64,000 bases of DNA from Octopus vulgaris (Eukaryota). Positions 51,044 to 64,000 of the stretch are shown here, piece by piece; the first letter of the stretch is position 1, and every line of letters begins with the position of its first letter. The DNA lies in contig OX597818.1 of the NCBI GenBank assembly GCA_951406725.2, positions 69,378,001 to 69,442,000 of the forward strand, in the 5' to 3' direction. Under the pieces are notes generated by a model, which was not told where the DNA came from, ran no database searches, and worked only from the letters and a program-made list of their open reading frames with translations. Position numbers and translations under genes: made by a program.

Positions 51044-52206
51044 CTATATATATATATATACACACACATACACATATAAAGCAATGTGTATGTGTGTTCA
51101 TGTGTGTGTGTGTGTGTGTGTTCCTTATGCATTCAAAACCTTAGTTGCCGATTTTCATGTATAGGGTATCAAAAGATTCAGTAATCTTTCAAATACCAAA
51201 TAAAATTTATCTTCATTTACATATTTGCATTACAAAAATTTAACATTATAATCTTTCAATAACTCAACTATTTCTATGAGTGCGTATTTGTCAGTCAGTG
51301 TGTGTTTGTGCATTCGTTACATACATTCGATGTATGTGTGTGTGAGTGTATGTGAGGGTGTATGTCAGTATACATACATTTTTGTGATGAGACACACACA
51401 CACACATGCATGCACATACACACATTTAAAGACAGAGATGAACACACAGAGGAACAGAGATAAGCCTGAGGTGTGCATAAATGTATGTCTGTGTGTGCCT
51501 GTCTTAGTATATGTATGTGGCTGTATTGCCCAACAGTGAAATCCACTGATTTTGAAAGAGTTTAGTTTAGTTGTGGCCTGGATGTTGAATGAACAACAGC
51601 GTTCACTTTGAAGTACCACTGCTTGGATTTTCTTTTTCCTCATGGGGAGTTGTGGATTAAACAGCATTAACGATTATCACTACTTATCTGCTGAAATATT
51701 ATTCTGGCTTTTATCACCAACATGAAGATTTGGCTGACAGCACTCACAACACTCACAAATATACCTGAAAAAAATGTTATTCTGGTTATTATAAAGAATG
51801 TGGAAACTTGAAGTAGAAAACCTTAGCAGCTTTTTCAATATAATTACAGAAATGTTACCCCAGTCCTTATAACCAGTTTGAAGATAATGCTTTTTTAACA
51901 GTCTTACCATCCTTATCGTATTCCTGCTACGCTGCTTTAGCCCCGTGAGTTTCACCCCCACACAACCACATTATTGTATCCTACAGCCTATAACCTTACA
52001 CAGTAAAAATATTTAGTAAATGATATCAAATTAATGTTTTGCTACATACATCCTTCAGCAAATGTTCAAACTTTTATTATCAATACAAATTGGATATTTT
52101 TTAATAAAATATATTTAGAAATAATTATGAGAATATATCTTTATATTTATTTCCTAATCTGAATAAGAACAGCAGTAACCAGGGCAATGCCAAGTCATTC
52201 AGCTAG
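51044..52206 (+). mobile_element. Non-autonomous Helitron-like element
   Basis: 3' end has a GGCAATGCC hairpin followed by CAGCTAG|T (CTAG at 52203-52206). 5' end reads CTATATATA...AAAGC plus (TG)n. The 5' boundary is uncertain. Confidence 0.55.
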
Positions 52207-52442
52207 TAATTAATATGGGTGGTTAATTCAGAATTTTACAACCTAAAGGTAGAAATATATTTCACTAAAGTGAAGAAAGCGCACTAATCAGCACCAGTAT
52301 TGCTAGAAATAAGAGTCAAAACAACTGAATAGTCACAGAAACATTATCTTAATGAGCTGACAAAAGAGGCAAGCTCCCTACGGTCACATATATAGCCAGA
52401 TCAGCGAAGATTTCATATTTTGATGTTTAATGCATCTCAACA

Positions 52443-52480
<38 letters not shown>

Positions 52481-52482
<2 letters not shown>

Positions 52483-52765
52483 TAAAAAGATAAAAGAAAT
52501 AGATAAAAAGAAAATTATACAAATGAATCCTTCGAATTTAACTAAATTCTATATTTTTATGCAGCTGAAGATTGCTCTACATTTTAAATTGATGTAATGT
52601 TTGCATTGTTCAATTAAATGGTGTCACATGAAACGATCGTACTGCATTACCTCTGGATATCCTTGTTGCTTATTTTGATTATAATCACCCCATTTTGAAT
52701 TATATGGATAATACCATACTAAATTCCGGTGCCTTTAACTTAAGTACTATATTCATCTGAATTTA
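52481..52765 (+). mobile_element. Penelope-like terminal repeat with long-stem-II hammerhead motif (copy 2)
   Basis: Homologous to 41697-41958. Begins immediately after (TA)n. Confidence 0.72.
52559..52647 (+). ncRNA. Type I hammerhead ribozyme motif with 58-nt stem II domain
   Basis: Stem I ATGCAG/CTGCAT; CTGAAGA 52565-52571; GAAA 52630-52633; palindromic stem III ACGATCGT; GUA site at 52641. The stem II closing helix is not clearly paired. Confidence 0.65.
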
Positions 52766-52945
52766 AATTTTACACGCATTTTTTTCTCTCCTTGTTTCTT
52801 TTCTGTGTATCTTTCTGTTGAAGAGCGTAGGCTCTAAACATAAAAGACTTGTTCTATTTCTATTCCTGTGCGCCATACTAATACATTTGTTTGTTTGTAC
52901 TCCACCTGCCTTCGTCTTTTGTTTATTTTCGTAAACTTTCCCGTT
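52766..52945 (+). mobile_element. Different Penelope-like terminal fragment with a degenerate minimal hammerhead
   Basis: TCTTT-CTGTTGA-A-GAGC(GTAG)GCTC-TAAA-CATA-AAAGA at 52810-52847. Followed by (TA)n. Confidence 0.55.
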
Positions 52946-52973
52946 ATATATATATATATATATATATATACAT

Positions 52974-53034
<61 letters not shown>

Positions 53035-53037
<3 letters not shown>

Positions 53038-53910
53038 GTCTAACAGCAAAATTGTCACGCACACCAATTCTTAAAACTTTTTAAAACCCTAACCCTAACT
53101 TATTGCTGGCCATGCTGTCTTTGTGTGGCCATACCAATTTTTGTAAGAATCAGTGAAATACCCATCGAGATATTTAGCTAGAAAGAGAACAGGCTGAAGT
53201 TGTTTTGTGCCAGTTTCACCATGTCTTTCCAACCAAGTAATGTTGAAAGGGCTAAGATCATCCAGGCCTTCAGTAATAGCACCAACATTCATTCTCTAGC
53301 TTCCGTCTTCTAAGTTCATTCAAGAACCATCAAGGTAATTGTGAATAAATTTCAGAATGGGGGAATAGTGGAAAGGATAACTGGATCAGGAGTTGTTAAC
53401 CACAAGAAGGATCATCATTTCAATCTGGAACTGAAGAGATTAAACAGAAGAGATCCAACTCAATCCATAAGACGCTTGGCTCATGAACAAGGCGTTTCAG
53501 CCATGGCAGTACAAAGAGTGATGACAGAAGACTTGAAAATGAAATTGTCCATGAGACCTGTGAGGCATCTTGTAACTCCAGGACAAAAGCTTAGAAGGTT
53601 GAAGAGGGCGAAGATCATCTTCAACAAAGAGAATCACATCTTGGAGTGATGAGAAAAATCTGACCCAAGATGTGCACCCAAACAGATGCAGCAGCTGCAT
53701 TCTGGTTCAGCTCCTCGAAAGGAAGCCAAAAATGTCTTTTTTAGGTGCAAAATCCCTACTGAGGTAATGATTTTCACCTACATGGCCTCTGACGGCAAGA
53801 AGATGCCATTGATTATCTTTGAGAATGCTGAGAGACTGACAGCAGTTTGTTATGTTCAGGTTTTGAAAGATGTAAAGATCTGGATTCTTTCTGAATCTCC
53901 TGAGGCAAGA
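53035..53910 (+). mobile_element. Decayed Tc1/maT-like transposon
   Basis: RRDPTQSIRRLAHEQGVS...LRRLKRAK (HTH region), WSDEK, and VMIFTYMASDGKKMPLIIF...YVQVLK. TA|CAGG-type end at about 53035. Confidence 0.75.
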
Positions 53911-53974
53911 GATGGGGGAAAGCTCAACAACATCACTAAGGCCTTCAAGTTTGCATGTCAGAAAGGGTATACGA

Positions 53975-54205
53975 GAACATTTTGGTGTTTGTGTTTATCT
54001 CCATTTCACTGCTCAGCAACTGGTGTTGGTTTATTTACGTCCTCAGTAACTTAACTGTTCATCCAAACAGAATGATAGAATAAATACCAGACTTTAAAAA
54101 AATAACAGGTCCTGGGGTTCATTTCTGTGAGTAGACGCTTGAAGATGATGCTCCAGCATGGCCACTGTCCAATGACTGAAACAAATAGAAGGCAACAGAT
54201 GAAAG
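53975..54205 (+). mobile_element. SINE family A 3' half
   Basis: ggtgttggtttatttacgtcc...gctccagcatggccactgtccaatgactgaaacaa. Confidence 0.75.
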
Positions 54206-54399
54206 ATCTGTGCATTCATGCATGCAGAGACACAAACTGGTTGGTCCATTGGTTACAGTAACGCATATTTCGGTTGATCCAATCAATGGAACAGCTTGCT
54301 CATGAAATTGACATGTAAATGGCTGAGTACTCCACAGACTCGTGTACCCATAACATAGTCCTCAGGAAGATTCAGCATGACACAGAATGTACAACCTTG

Positions 54400-56610
54400 G
54401 AACTCATGAAAAAGTAGTGGCACACCTGGCTAAATATATATGAAAACCATTTGAATTTTGCAAAATATGGCAAATCATAGACGGCATACAACTGTAGACA
54501 CAGACTCATCATAGACACATAGAATGACTCAAACTAAATTAAGAAAAACACAACCATGAACTTACTTTATTGCAGTGTTTTGAATTTCATCAGTCAAACA
54601 GCTGGATTCTTTGGTCAGAAATTTGTGCCTGGCTTTTATTCATAATTTCCTTAATGTTTGGTCGAATATAAGACAGACACACTCTCATTTCTTCTTCCGT
54701 TGTACGTAATCTCCCGTGCTTCTTGTTTTCAAAGTTGTTTGATATTTAGAAGCCTAATTCACATAAGAAGTTGAAAAGTGTAATAAAATTACTAAAGCTC
54801 TTTTACAGAATATGGGATGCTCCTCTTGAATTGTAGACCAAAATAAATCAATGAATAGAGTTGAATGTTTTAATTTTAACCCTCGGTCACTAGAAACGGT
54901 CGCCAATTCTTCTTCTTCCTGTAACTCAAATTCAATGTTGGAAGAATGATTTATGAAAGAATCTCGAATCTAATCATACTTTTCTGTCTTTAATAACGGA
55001 AAGTAATTGTTGATGCCTTCGTCCAGGGCTGTCAGATGCGTAACCACAATAGGGATCATTTCTCTAATGCAGGTAGAATGCAATAAAGGGAACATATCAA
55101 TGATTGATCTTTTCTTTCCAAATCACAATTTTCTTTTTGAAGGCAACTGACTTGTCTGTTGAAGTGAGAATATTTTCGTTTTTACCTTGTATACTTTTAT
55201 TTGTTTTATTTAGTTCACTAAATATTTCTGTTGGGTATTCCATTTTAGGCATTCAAAACTCGCAACTAAGGTATTCACAGAATTTCTCCTGCTTTTCCTG
55301 GAGAGAAAATGATAGTAATTCCTTGCGCAGTTCGTGAACATGATTTAGTTCTTTGCCTTTCAACAGCCAGCGATCTTCAGTGTGCATTAACAACTGAACA
55401 TTCTGAGAGTCCATCTCTTTGCAGAATTCTTCAAATAATCATGACTTCAATGGATTACTTTTTATATAATTGACCATTCCAACAACTTAACGAAGTGCAA
55501 CATTTAAATCTTCCTGCGATATTTTTGAAACAAGAACTTCTCTATGTAGAAAGCATTCAGTACAAATAAGATTTGGATTTTCTTTTTCTATGAAGGATAC
55601 AAATCCTTTAATACAACCTGTCATGCATGGGGCTCCATTGGTGCAAATGCAAACACAGGACCTCCAAGACAAATTCAATTCTTTGAGGTAGTCTGTTATC
55701 AAATCAAAAATATCTTGACCTCTTGTAGTTCTGGACATTTCTTTACAGCACAAAAATTGATTGATTATTTCATTCTCATCAATAAAACATACAAATACAA
55801 GCAATTGATTTTATTACTGATGTCATCCATGGTTAAAGCAAAATTAGAATTTTTAAGCTTTTTCTGAAGATTGTCTTCAATATTTTTCGATATATCTAGG
55901 ATTCTTAAAAGCAGTGTATCATTTGAAAACAGAATATTGTTCAATTCCTTCTCAGATTTTTCACCAAACATGGATTTTACCATTTTTTTACAATCTAGGA
56001 GGATGACTGACTCAGCTAACAGCACACCTGTCTGCTGTGGCTCAAAGGTTGAGAATCACTTGGTTAACATAATATTCACAGCTAAAATCATCTTTCTGAA
56101 TGCGCTTTCCAACTGTGACATCTTGCCTCACAACTCCAAACTTTACAAGGTTTGTTTTAGTAAGAAATTTGTGCAAACTCTTTCCCTGTTAATCTAACTT
56201 TTGTGATGTTTCCTGGCAACTCTAACATTTTCTTAGATTCTTTCATCCATTCTTTATTACAATGTTTTATGCTATAGAGCTGTTCTTCTGAATTTTTTAC
56301 TCATGTGACATATTTTAGCTAATTAATAATCTTCAATGAGCTTTGATTTTAGATTTTATTTAAAGAAAATTTATGTTCACTGTCACACTAATGGCAAAAA
56401 TACTTTGGCTTTGCTTTGCCTTGGATCCATGACTAATTGATGAATCGTTGTGGTTCTGTTGTCACATACAGTATGTCTTGGACATTTTTAGACCTGGCAG
56501 AACTTAGCTGTCTCTAAGACTGGCCACAGAAACCAAGTTTTTCATTGTATGACCCATATGCACACAGATACGGGAAGAAGAGTAAGAAGTAAAATAAGGA
56601 ACCATCCTCA
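54400..56610 (-). mobile_element. Decayed hAT (Charlie/Buster, ZBED5/FAM200-like) transposon
   Basis: Minus-strand LAESVIL..CKKMVKSMFG...SNDT, FALTMDD, QFLCCKEM..TTRGQDIF, CVCICTNGAPCMTG, ECFLHREVLVSK and HTEDRWL. Many frameshifts; ends approximate. Confidence 0.85.
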
Positions 56611-57164
56611 GCATAACATTTTTTATGATTTTATATTCTTTATGATGTTCTTTAGCCTCAAGTCAGGCAAATCAAATAAACCTGTGATCAAAGACATTCC
56701 AGCTGTGACAACCTCCCTTCTTTTATAACAAGGACCACATTCTGCTATGTAGATCATCTTCTTTGAGAAGGTCGGGTGTGGCCTGGGGGCGATTCAGCTA
56801 TTATTATCAATAGCAGAAATTTGAGTGAGCACATGGAAAATTCTTGTTTGCTTGTTTCCTATTTATGAGACTAAACAGGGAATACCAAAGGTGAGAGATA
56901 GGGGTACGTGAGCGGGTGGGGGTGGGGGCTCCACTGCTAGAACAATCTGTAAGTTCAGCAAAGTGTAGCTTTCCAGTTTCTTCAATGATAAAGAATATAC
57001 GAATTCGTATTAAACTAGATACATCATCATCAGCATCATCATCATCATCATTTTAACATCCACTTTTCCATGCTGGCATTGGGCAATGTTTTGAGATAGA
57101 TTTCCAATGGCCAGATGCCATTTGTGTCATCAACCCCAACCTGTTTTGAAGCAAGTCAATGCAC

Positions 57165-57430
57165 ACATATACATACACATATATACATACATACACATAC
57201 ATACACATATATACATACATACACATACATACACATACATATATACATACATACATACATACATACATACATACATACACATACATACACATATATACAT
57301 ACATACATACACATACATACACATACATACATACATACACATACATACACATACATACATACATACATACACATACATACATACATACATACATACACAT
57401 ATATACATACATACACACATATATACATAC
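57165..57430. repeat. Compound (CATA)/(CATACA) microsatellite with higher-order duplications
   Basis: Direct reading of the sequence. Confidence 0.9.
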
Positions 57431-57567
57431 ACCATGGCTCTGTCTTAGTTTCTGCCCACCAAATCGACTCAGGTAGTGCTATGCTGTGGGACAGAACATG
57501 GTTTGGAATACATGCATACATATACGTAAACACACACACATAAACATGTACATATATATTTGTTATT

Positions 57568-57650
<83 letters not shown>

Positions 57651-57780
57651 TGACGTGTGAGTATTTTTTATCAATTCCTTGCAGTATTTCTTTATCGTTT
57701 TGCTTCACAATTGTTTTCTTTCTAATGAGTATTTGCCTGTGTTTGTGCTTGTGTGTGTGTGTGTGTGTTTGTGTTTGTGC

Positions 57781-57817
<37 letters not shown>

Positions 57818-58677
57818 TGTTTGTGCTTGTGTGTGTGTGTGTGTGTGTTTGTGCTTGTGTGTGTGTGTGTATAATACAAATATTTATATTTGCCAACAAG
57901 AGTTAATATTGACCAGATATGAATTTGTTTTTCTTCATTATTGAAAAAGAAAAAAAAGAAAAAAAACATTAACGACACTAAAAGAACATTTTGTATTGTA
58001 TTACATATCAGAATATTGTTATAGAGTTTAAAGTTGAATTTTAAATCTAAGTAGATTGCAAAATTCTTTTTTTCTTTTTTTGTTGATGTATTTTCCATTA
58101 TTTTTTTAGGAGTGAATCAAGACAGGAGCTGCCGTAAGAACAACGAAATCAAATTATCTGTTGAGTTATTACATTTGTTAGTCTTCACCTGTTGTAATAG
58201 TTTGTAGATGAGGTTTTCAAATCGAAAAATTACGCAATGAATATGAAAACAAAAATATAGGGAATGGTTTTGTCAAAAGATTTGTTCTTATCATCACAAC
58301 ACACAGGATCTATTCATTAAAATTGGAGCTTTCGACTGAAGGAATCCATTTCTGGTTCTCATTTCTGAAGTTGTAGAAGTATACCTGTTGGTGAAAATAT
58401 GAGTAAAATTTACTGAAGCATTAATTTCTATAGGTTGCATGTTATTTATTCTTCAATAAAATAAATGGAAGGCTGATAGTGTAATAAATTATATCTTCCT
58501 TCATAAGTTTTCATAAATAGTAGAGGACCCGTGGGGTATTGTGATTATTTTAACATCCACTTTTCAATGATTGCGCATGTAAGATGCAATTTGTTGAGGC
58601 ATATTTTCTACTGCTGGATACCTTTCCTGCCACCAACACTCATCCATTTTCAGGCAAGGTAACACTCACTCCTGGTA

Positions 58678-59030
58678 GGAGGTGAGCTGGCAGAAACGTT
58701 AGCACACTGAGCAAAATGCTTAGCGGTATTTTCTCTGTCATTACATTCTGAGTCCAAGTTCCGCCAACGTAGACTTTGCCTTTCATCCTTTCTGTGTCGA
58801 TTAAATAAATACCACTTACGCATTTGGGTCGATATAATCGACTTAATCCGTATGTCTGTCCTTGTTTGTTCCCTCTCTGTGTAGCCCCTTGTGGGCAGTA
58901 AAGAAATGAAAAATGTTAGCATGCCAGGCAAAATGCTGAGGTCAACTTTACCTTTCATCCTTTCATGGTCGCTAAATTAAGTACCAGTTGTGTACTGGGG
59001 TCGATCTAATCGACTGGACCCTTCTCCTAG
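58678..59030 (+). mobile_element. SINE family B, dimeric form
   Basis: ggtgagctggcagaaacgttagc head; ctttgcctttcatcctttc motif twice. Reverse complement of 22998-23395. Confidence 0.85.
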
Positions 59031-59721
59031 AATAGAAAAGAATACCCACTTCTGGTCAGATATATTTATGCAGAATATTGCAAATGAATGACACTCCTTG
59101 ATGACGGGGACACTCATTTACAATTATAATGCAATGTCAAGAAAAAGAGATACAAATATATATGCATAAGCGCGTGTGTGTGCGTACCATCATCATCATC
59201 ATCATTTTTAACATCTGTTTTCCATTCTGGATGGTTTGCTATGGTTTCTATGGCTGGATGCCCTTCCTAACACCCACCAAATTACAGTGTATTGGGTGCT
59301 TCTTATGTGCCACAGCATGGGTGCATGTTACTTGGTAATTTTACATGGAACTGGCACCTGTAAGCCAAAGACCTTTCACAGCTGTGAGAGGAAGTAGGGG
59401 TCATAGCCATAAAGGGCATGCCTGTATGTATGGATGGCCACATTTTTACTAAGCGTGACATGTCTTCTCAAGTATAGCAAATCGCCAAAGTTTCTGATCC
59501 TTTGTTCCCTCCTCAGTGAGGCACAACGTTTGAAGATCCTTAGAATTCCAAATCCATATGTAGACATTATTTGCTTTTCTGTCTGAAGAATTTTGAATGG
59601 GAGACATCTTACATGTTTTCTACTACATGTACAATGTTGTAACATTTTCCAATCTCCTGTTTTGTGTTATATATATATATATATATATATATATAACAGG
59701 TTTGTATATATATATATGTAT

Positions 59722-59988
59722 ATCATCGTTTAATGTCTGCTTTACATGCTAGCATGGGTTGGACAGTTTGACTGAGGACTGGTGAGCCAGAGGCTGCGCC
59801 AGGCTCAATCTGATCTGGCAAAGTTTCTACACTTGGATGCCCTTCTTAACGCCACCCACTTCGAGAGTGTAGTGAAGTGGTTGGCATTCGGAAGGGCATC
59901 CAGCTGTAGAAACTTTGCCAGATCAAACTGAGCCTCGTGCAGCTGCTGGCTCACCAATCCTCAGTCAAACTCTCCAGACATTAAACGA

Positions 59989-60042
<54 letters not shown>

Positions 60043-60207
60043 GGAGTGGTTGGCGTTAGGAAGGGCATCCAGCTGTAGAAACACTGCCAGATAAGACTGG
60101 AGACTGGTGCAGCCTTCTGGCTTCCCAGATCCCCGGTCAAACCGTCCAACCCATGCTAGCATGGAGAACGGACGTTAAACGACGATGATGATGATGATGA
60201 TGATGAT
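59722..60207. mobile_element. Three family C 3' ends: foldback pair (59722-59861 -, 59876-59992 +) plus a + copy (60041-60207)
   Basis: ggatgcccttcttaacgccacccactt versus aagtggttggcattcggaagggcatcc, about 14 nt apart. Confidence 0.85.
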
Positions 60208-60605
60208 ATATACATACACAAACATGCTCATATATATATGTATGTTCTTGTATAACATTAATATGTATATGTTTTATATATAACAGGGTATAAAAGGAGA
60301 CGATTAAACGTTAACCAAAAAAAGACTCAATCCATTTAAGTTGATCATAAAACTTAATTTTACAAGAAGGAAGTTGACAGAGACTTTGAAATTTCTCCAG
60401 GGATAAATTTTGTCAAATTGTCTAATGGAGTTGATCACTGGCATAAGTTCAAAAGTCCACAACTTTAAATCCAGATTTCTCCACAATAGGAATGATTCTC
60501 CAGGTCTAACAGCTCAGAAGGTGAATGTGCCACAACAGATTGCAATCAAAATGTCTGAGTCATGTAGTATGTGTATTTTTCTGTGCTGCATAAAATCCAA
60601 ATTCT

Positions 60606-60979
60606 TTAATCCTTTTGGTACTATATTTCTGTTGAAATACATCGTCTTTGCTCCAATTAACTTTGATAATTATGAGGAATGTAATAAAATATCTTTGTCT
60701 TTGTTGTGCTGGTGTTAGGAACATAAATTGATGGAAGTTCTAGATTCGGATCACTTTAACCCTTTCGTTTCCATATTTGGTTGAAATGCACTGGCTTTTG
60801 TATCAGGTAATTTTGAAACCAATGAAGGATTTAGTAAAATAACTTTATCATTATTAAGCTGGTGTTTGGAATATGTTAACAGGGAATATTTATAGATGGT
60901 TCAATTTAGATTACTTTAAGATAAAAATATATCATTGAACATGATGCAGTCTAAGATAGGTTGGTATCAAAAAGGTTAT
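60606..60979 (+). mobile_element. Two nested or tandem piggyBac-type MITEs
   Basis: Second copy TTAA|CCCTTTCGTT...ATCAAAAAGG|TTAT (60760-60975) begins at a TTAA inside a first copy that starts TTAATCCTTTTGGTAC at about 60606. Confidence 0.65.
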
Positions 60980-61975
60980 GAACAGTATTTGAAATAGATC
61001 AATATGCAGAATTATTTGATTTATGCAGTGTTTGGTAAGTAGCAGAATGTATTTCCTCTTCAGCCTTCCATTAACAACAGACGTTTGCTCAACTTGATTT
61101 TTTTTCTTTCAAAAATAATCTTCTGTTCCTTGATGAAACAACAGAAAATTCATATATTTTTCTTTGACAAAATGCAATTTGACACTAATTTTTATTTTGC
61201 ACCTGCAAATAAAGATTCATAATCCTGAAAACAGTAAAATTTAAAGAATAACATGTAGACTTTTATTCTAAAAGAAACCTAATGTTATATATTTTAGGTT
61301 TTCTGTGAAACTTTTATGTCTTCAAACCAAAATATGGAAGACTTTATTTCGAAACATGCAAAAAGTGAAAAAATGGAAAATGGAATTGTTTCAAGTGAGA
61401 TCCTTAATTTTTGTTTTATTGCTTTTGTCTCTGCTGGTTTGTGTTCCTGCCAGTCACTTAAATAGCATAAAATGCTATCTTTTGTTCTCTTCAAAATCTA
61501 AACAGCCCTACGTTGACAATATCGTATCACAAATCAACATTCAGATATCCTGAAAGTTATATTGTCTGGTACCTTTCAAAAGACTATTAACTCAAGTTCT
61601 AGCAGTTGTGGATATATTTACAAAATCTTTCCTTCTAATTTCACGTGATTCCTAAATGGAATCCCAATAGAGTGATATTGAATAAGGAAAACTGATATGA
61701 GGCATTAGGTTTTAATTGATAAGTCATTACCTATGGCTGACTCATTAATGTAATCAATATAATGTATACACTGATAATATCATAGCCTGCTTAACATGCA
61801 GACATATATTGATGGACATAACTTTATGTATTGTCAGACACAAATAAACTATCTTTTGCATGCTGCTAATAGATTAACTTCCGCATGTACTTTCATACAG
61901 ATGCATTAAATGTCCTCCTGCTTTTCAATAATCGTTCACAAATAACTGGAGAAGAGTGAAACCATTGAAAACATC

Positions 61976-62182
61976 TTGGTTTCAAATTTCGGAACAAGGT
62001 TGACAAGTTTGGAAGGGGGTGGGTAAGTCAATAACATCGACCCCAGTATTCAGCTGGTATTTATTTTATCACCCTGAAAGGATGGAAAAGTAAAGTTGAC
62101 CATGGTCGAATTTGAACTCAGAATGTAAAAATGGATGAAAAGTGACAAAGCATTTTACCGAGCTTGCTAATGATTCTGCCAC
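61976..62182 (-). mobile_element. SINE family B
   Basis: catcgaccccagta...ctggtatttattttatcaccctgaaaggatgg...gaatttgaactcagaa. Confidence 0.78.
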
Positions 62183-62721
62183 CATGGGGCCTTAACTATT
62201 GGATATATATTAAATGGGAAAATGGCCTTAAAAAGCAAGCAAATCAAAATAAATCACAAAGATCAAGCAAATGAATGATGAGGCTTTAAATTATGACTTT
62301 TTTTGGTGGGATGGGATTACATCCATTCTTTCTATGACAGCATGGGTTAGAGGAATAGTGAGGCATTGTTTGACAGTCAGATGCCCTTCCTCTCGCTAAC
62401 CCTTATTTGTTTATCAAGAAAAGGATTTATTGTTTTAAGTGTCATCAAAGGTACAAAGCTGGCAGCTAACAGGAGAGAAACAAAAATCTCTTCAGGTGTA
62501 GTCTGCCATTTCGAGAGAAACGTAAACAGACACATAGATTCATACACATGCATGTGAACAAGCAAACACACACATGCATGCACTCACATGTGCATACACA
62601 AACGTACGCATACATACAAACATAAGCACATAAACACACACATAAGCCAATGACTGTTGCTCAGTAAGTTATGGCAACAAATGTTCCAGTTGATCAAAGC
62701 AGCCTTCACTTGAACTTAATG

Positions 62722-62910
62722 TGCAGGAGTGGCTGTGTGGTAAGAACCTTGCTTCCCAACCACATGGTTCTGGGTTCCGTCCCACTGTGTGACACACATA
62801 CAACAGGTTTCCCTAATTTTCCATCCAACAAATCCATTTACAAGTCTTTGGGTATCCTGGAGCTGTTGTAGAAAATATTTGCCCATGATGTTGTGCAACA
62901 AGACCGAAAC
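62722..62910. mobile_element. Short inverted SINE family A pieces
   Basis: + head at 62722-62790; - body at 62805-62910. Confidence 0.7.
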
Positions 62911-63399
62911 ACTCTTTGCTTAAATAAGTTTATTGAAGACAGCAGTTGTATGTAATTCATAAGGAGATTCTCTGTTTAGCTTTGTTATTTTGAAGTTTAG
63001 AAATCCTCTGCAAGTGAGTGGGCCATGGTTGCATGTACCACCACCTTTTCATTAATTGTCCTTTTAGCTGCCTTTGTGAGCAAACATAGACATCTTTTTG
63101 TTCCTTCCATCCCTCATACAGCAGGATGTGACAGCTAAAGGGGTAAAAATGCTACCCAGAAGTTGGTTGCTTCATATTTTCAGGAACCATTGTATTAGCC
63201 AAAAATATTTGAAATGAAATGGTTTGCTCAATGGCACAAGATCCTGCTACCTGTGCAGAATTCAAAACTACAATCTTGTGATCATGAACCCAACATTCTA
63301 AACCTTTCATCACAGAGGAACAGATACTCTGGTCTCATGTTTTCCTTTGTCTTCCTGCCTGAAGTCCATATTATGGTTTCAACACAGGACTGCAAACTT

Positions 63400-63835
63400 A
63401 TCATCATTGTCATCATCATCATCATCATTTAAGATCTGTTTTCCATGCTGGCATGAGTTGGACGGTGTAACAGGAGTTGGCAAGGCTGCACAGCCGCACC
63501 ATGCGCCAGTCATCTGTTTTGGCATGGCCTCTATAGCTGGATGCCCTTCCTAATGCCAACCACTTTACAGAGTGGATTGTGTGCCTTTAACGTGGCACCA
63601 GCACAGGTACATTATTTGTTGCACTGGCACACATGCTTTCTACAAATTATGTTTATATAAGGGGTGCAGGCAATATTGTGGGGTTAAGAACTTTGTCTCC
63701 CAACTCGTAACTATTTGGGTTTTGAAGTTCAGTTGTAAATGTGTGGCCCCTTGGCTACAAATCTTCTTCTAGAGCCCCAGACCAATCAAAGCCTTGTAAA
63801 TTGGTGTGGAAGAAGAAAACTGAAAAGCAGTTTTA
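63400..63835. mobile_element. Family C (-, 63400-63640) and degenerate family A (+, 63665-63835)
   Basis: Motif matches to the other copies in the window. Confidence 0.7.
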
Positions 63836-64000
63836 TATGTAAATATATATATATATGTGTAAATATAATATGGGACAATTATTCAGTAGCCATGATAAAA
63901 CTCAGAGTTTCGGATGTTGGGGCAGAAACCCATGCTGGCATCTCTTCAGTTATCTGGCCATCGGAAAAAATGCTATGAAGATGACCATTAAACAATACAT

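Noticed and set aside
57053-58098. 100-209 aa ORFs rich in HTYI/CMYV
   Set aside because: Translations of CA/TA/CATA microsatellites. The same applies to similar ORFs at about 6.5, 16, 35.5 and 48-49 kb.

Overview
AT-rich, microsatellite-dense animal genomic DNA. The repeat content (tRNA-derived SINE families with CA/TA linkers, RTE 3' tails ending in (GAT)n) matches my recollection of Octopus; this is not database-checked. No host protein-coding gene can be assembled, so the window looks intronic or intergenic, and most short ORFs in the track are translated microsatellites. Supported content: (i) five R4/Dong-clade non-LTR retrotransposon copies sitting in (TAA)n tracts in one orientation, one with an unbroken reading frame of about 547 codons (RT end, CCHC finger, restriction-like endonuclease); (ii) decayed mariner, maT/Tc1-like, hAT (Charlie/Buster), piggyBac-MITE, Helitron-like and RTE elements; (iii) many SINEs, often as closely spaced inverted pairs; (iv) at least four unrelated repeat families carrying hammerhead-ribozyme cores. 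The hammerhead set is the most interesting. It includes a perfect 76-bp-arm palindrome with an intact minimal hammerhead on both strands, a long-stem-II family present twice, and a tRNA/Pol III-headed SINE-like unit with a hammerhead core. Also noted: a decayed ~80-bp repeat with codon-phased conservation, a unique insertion carrying an exon-like piece, and weak microexon candidates. Boundaries of old repeats are approximate.
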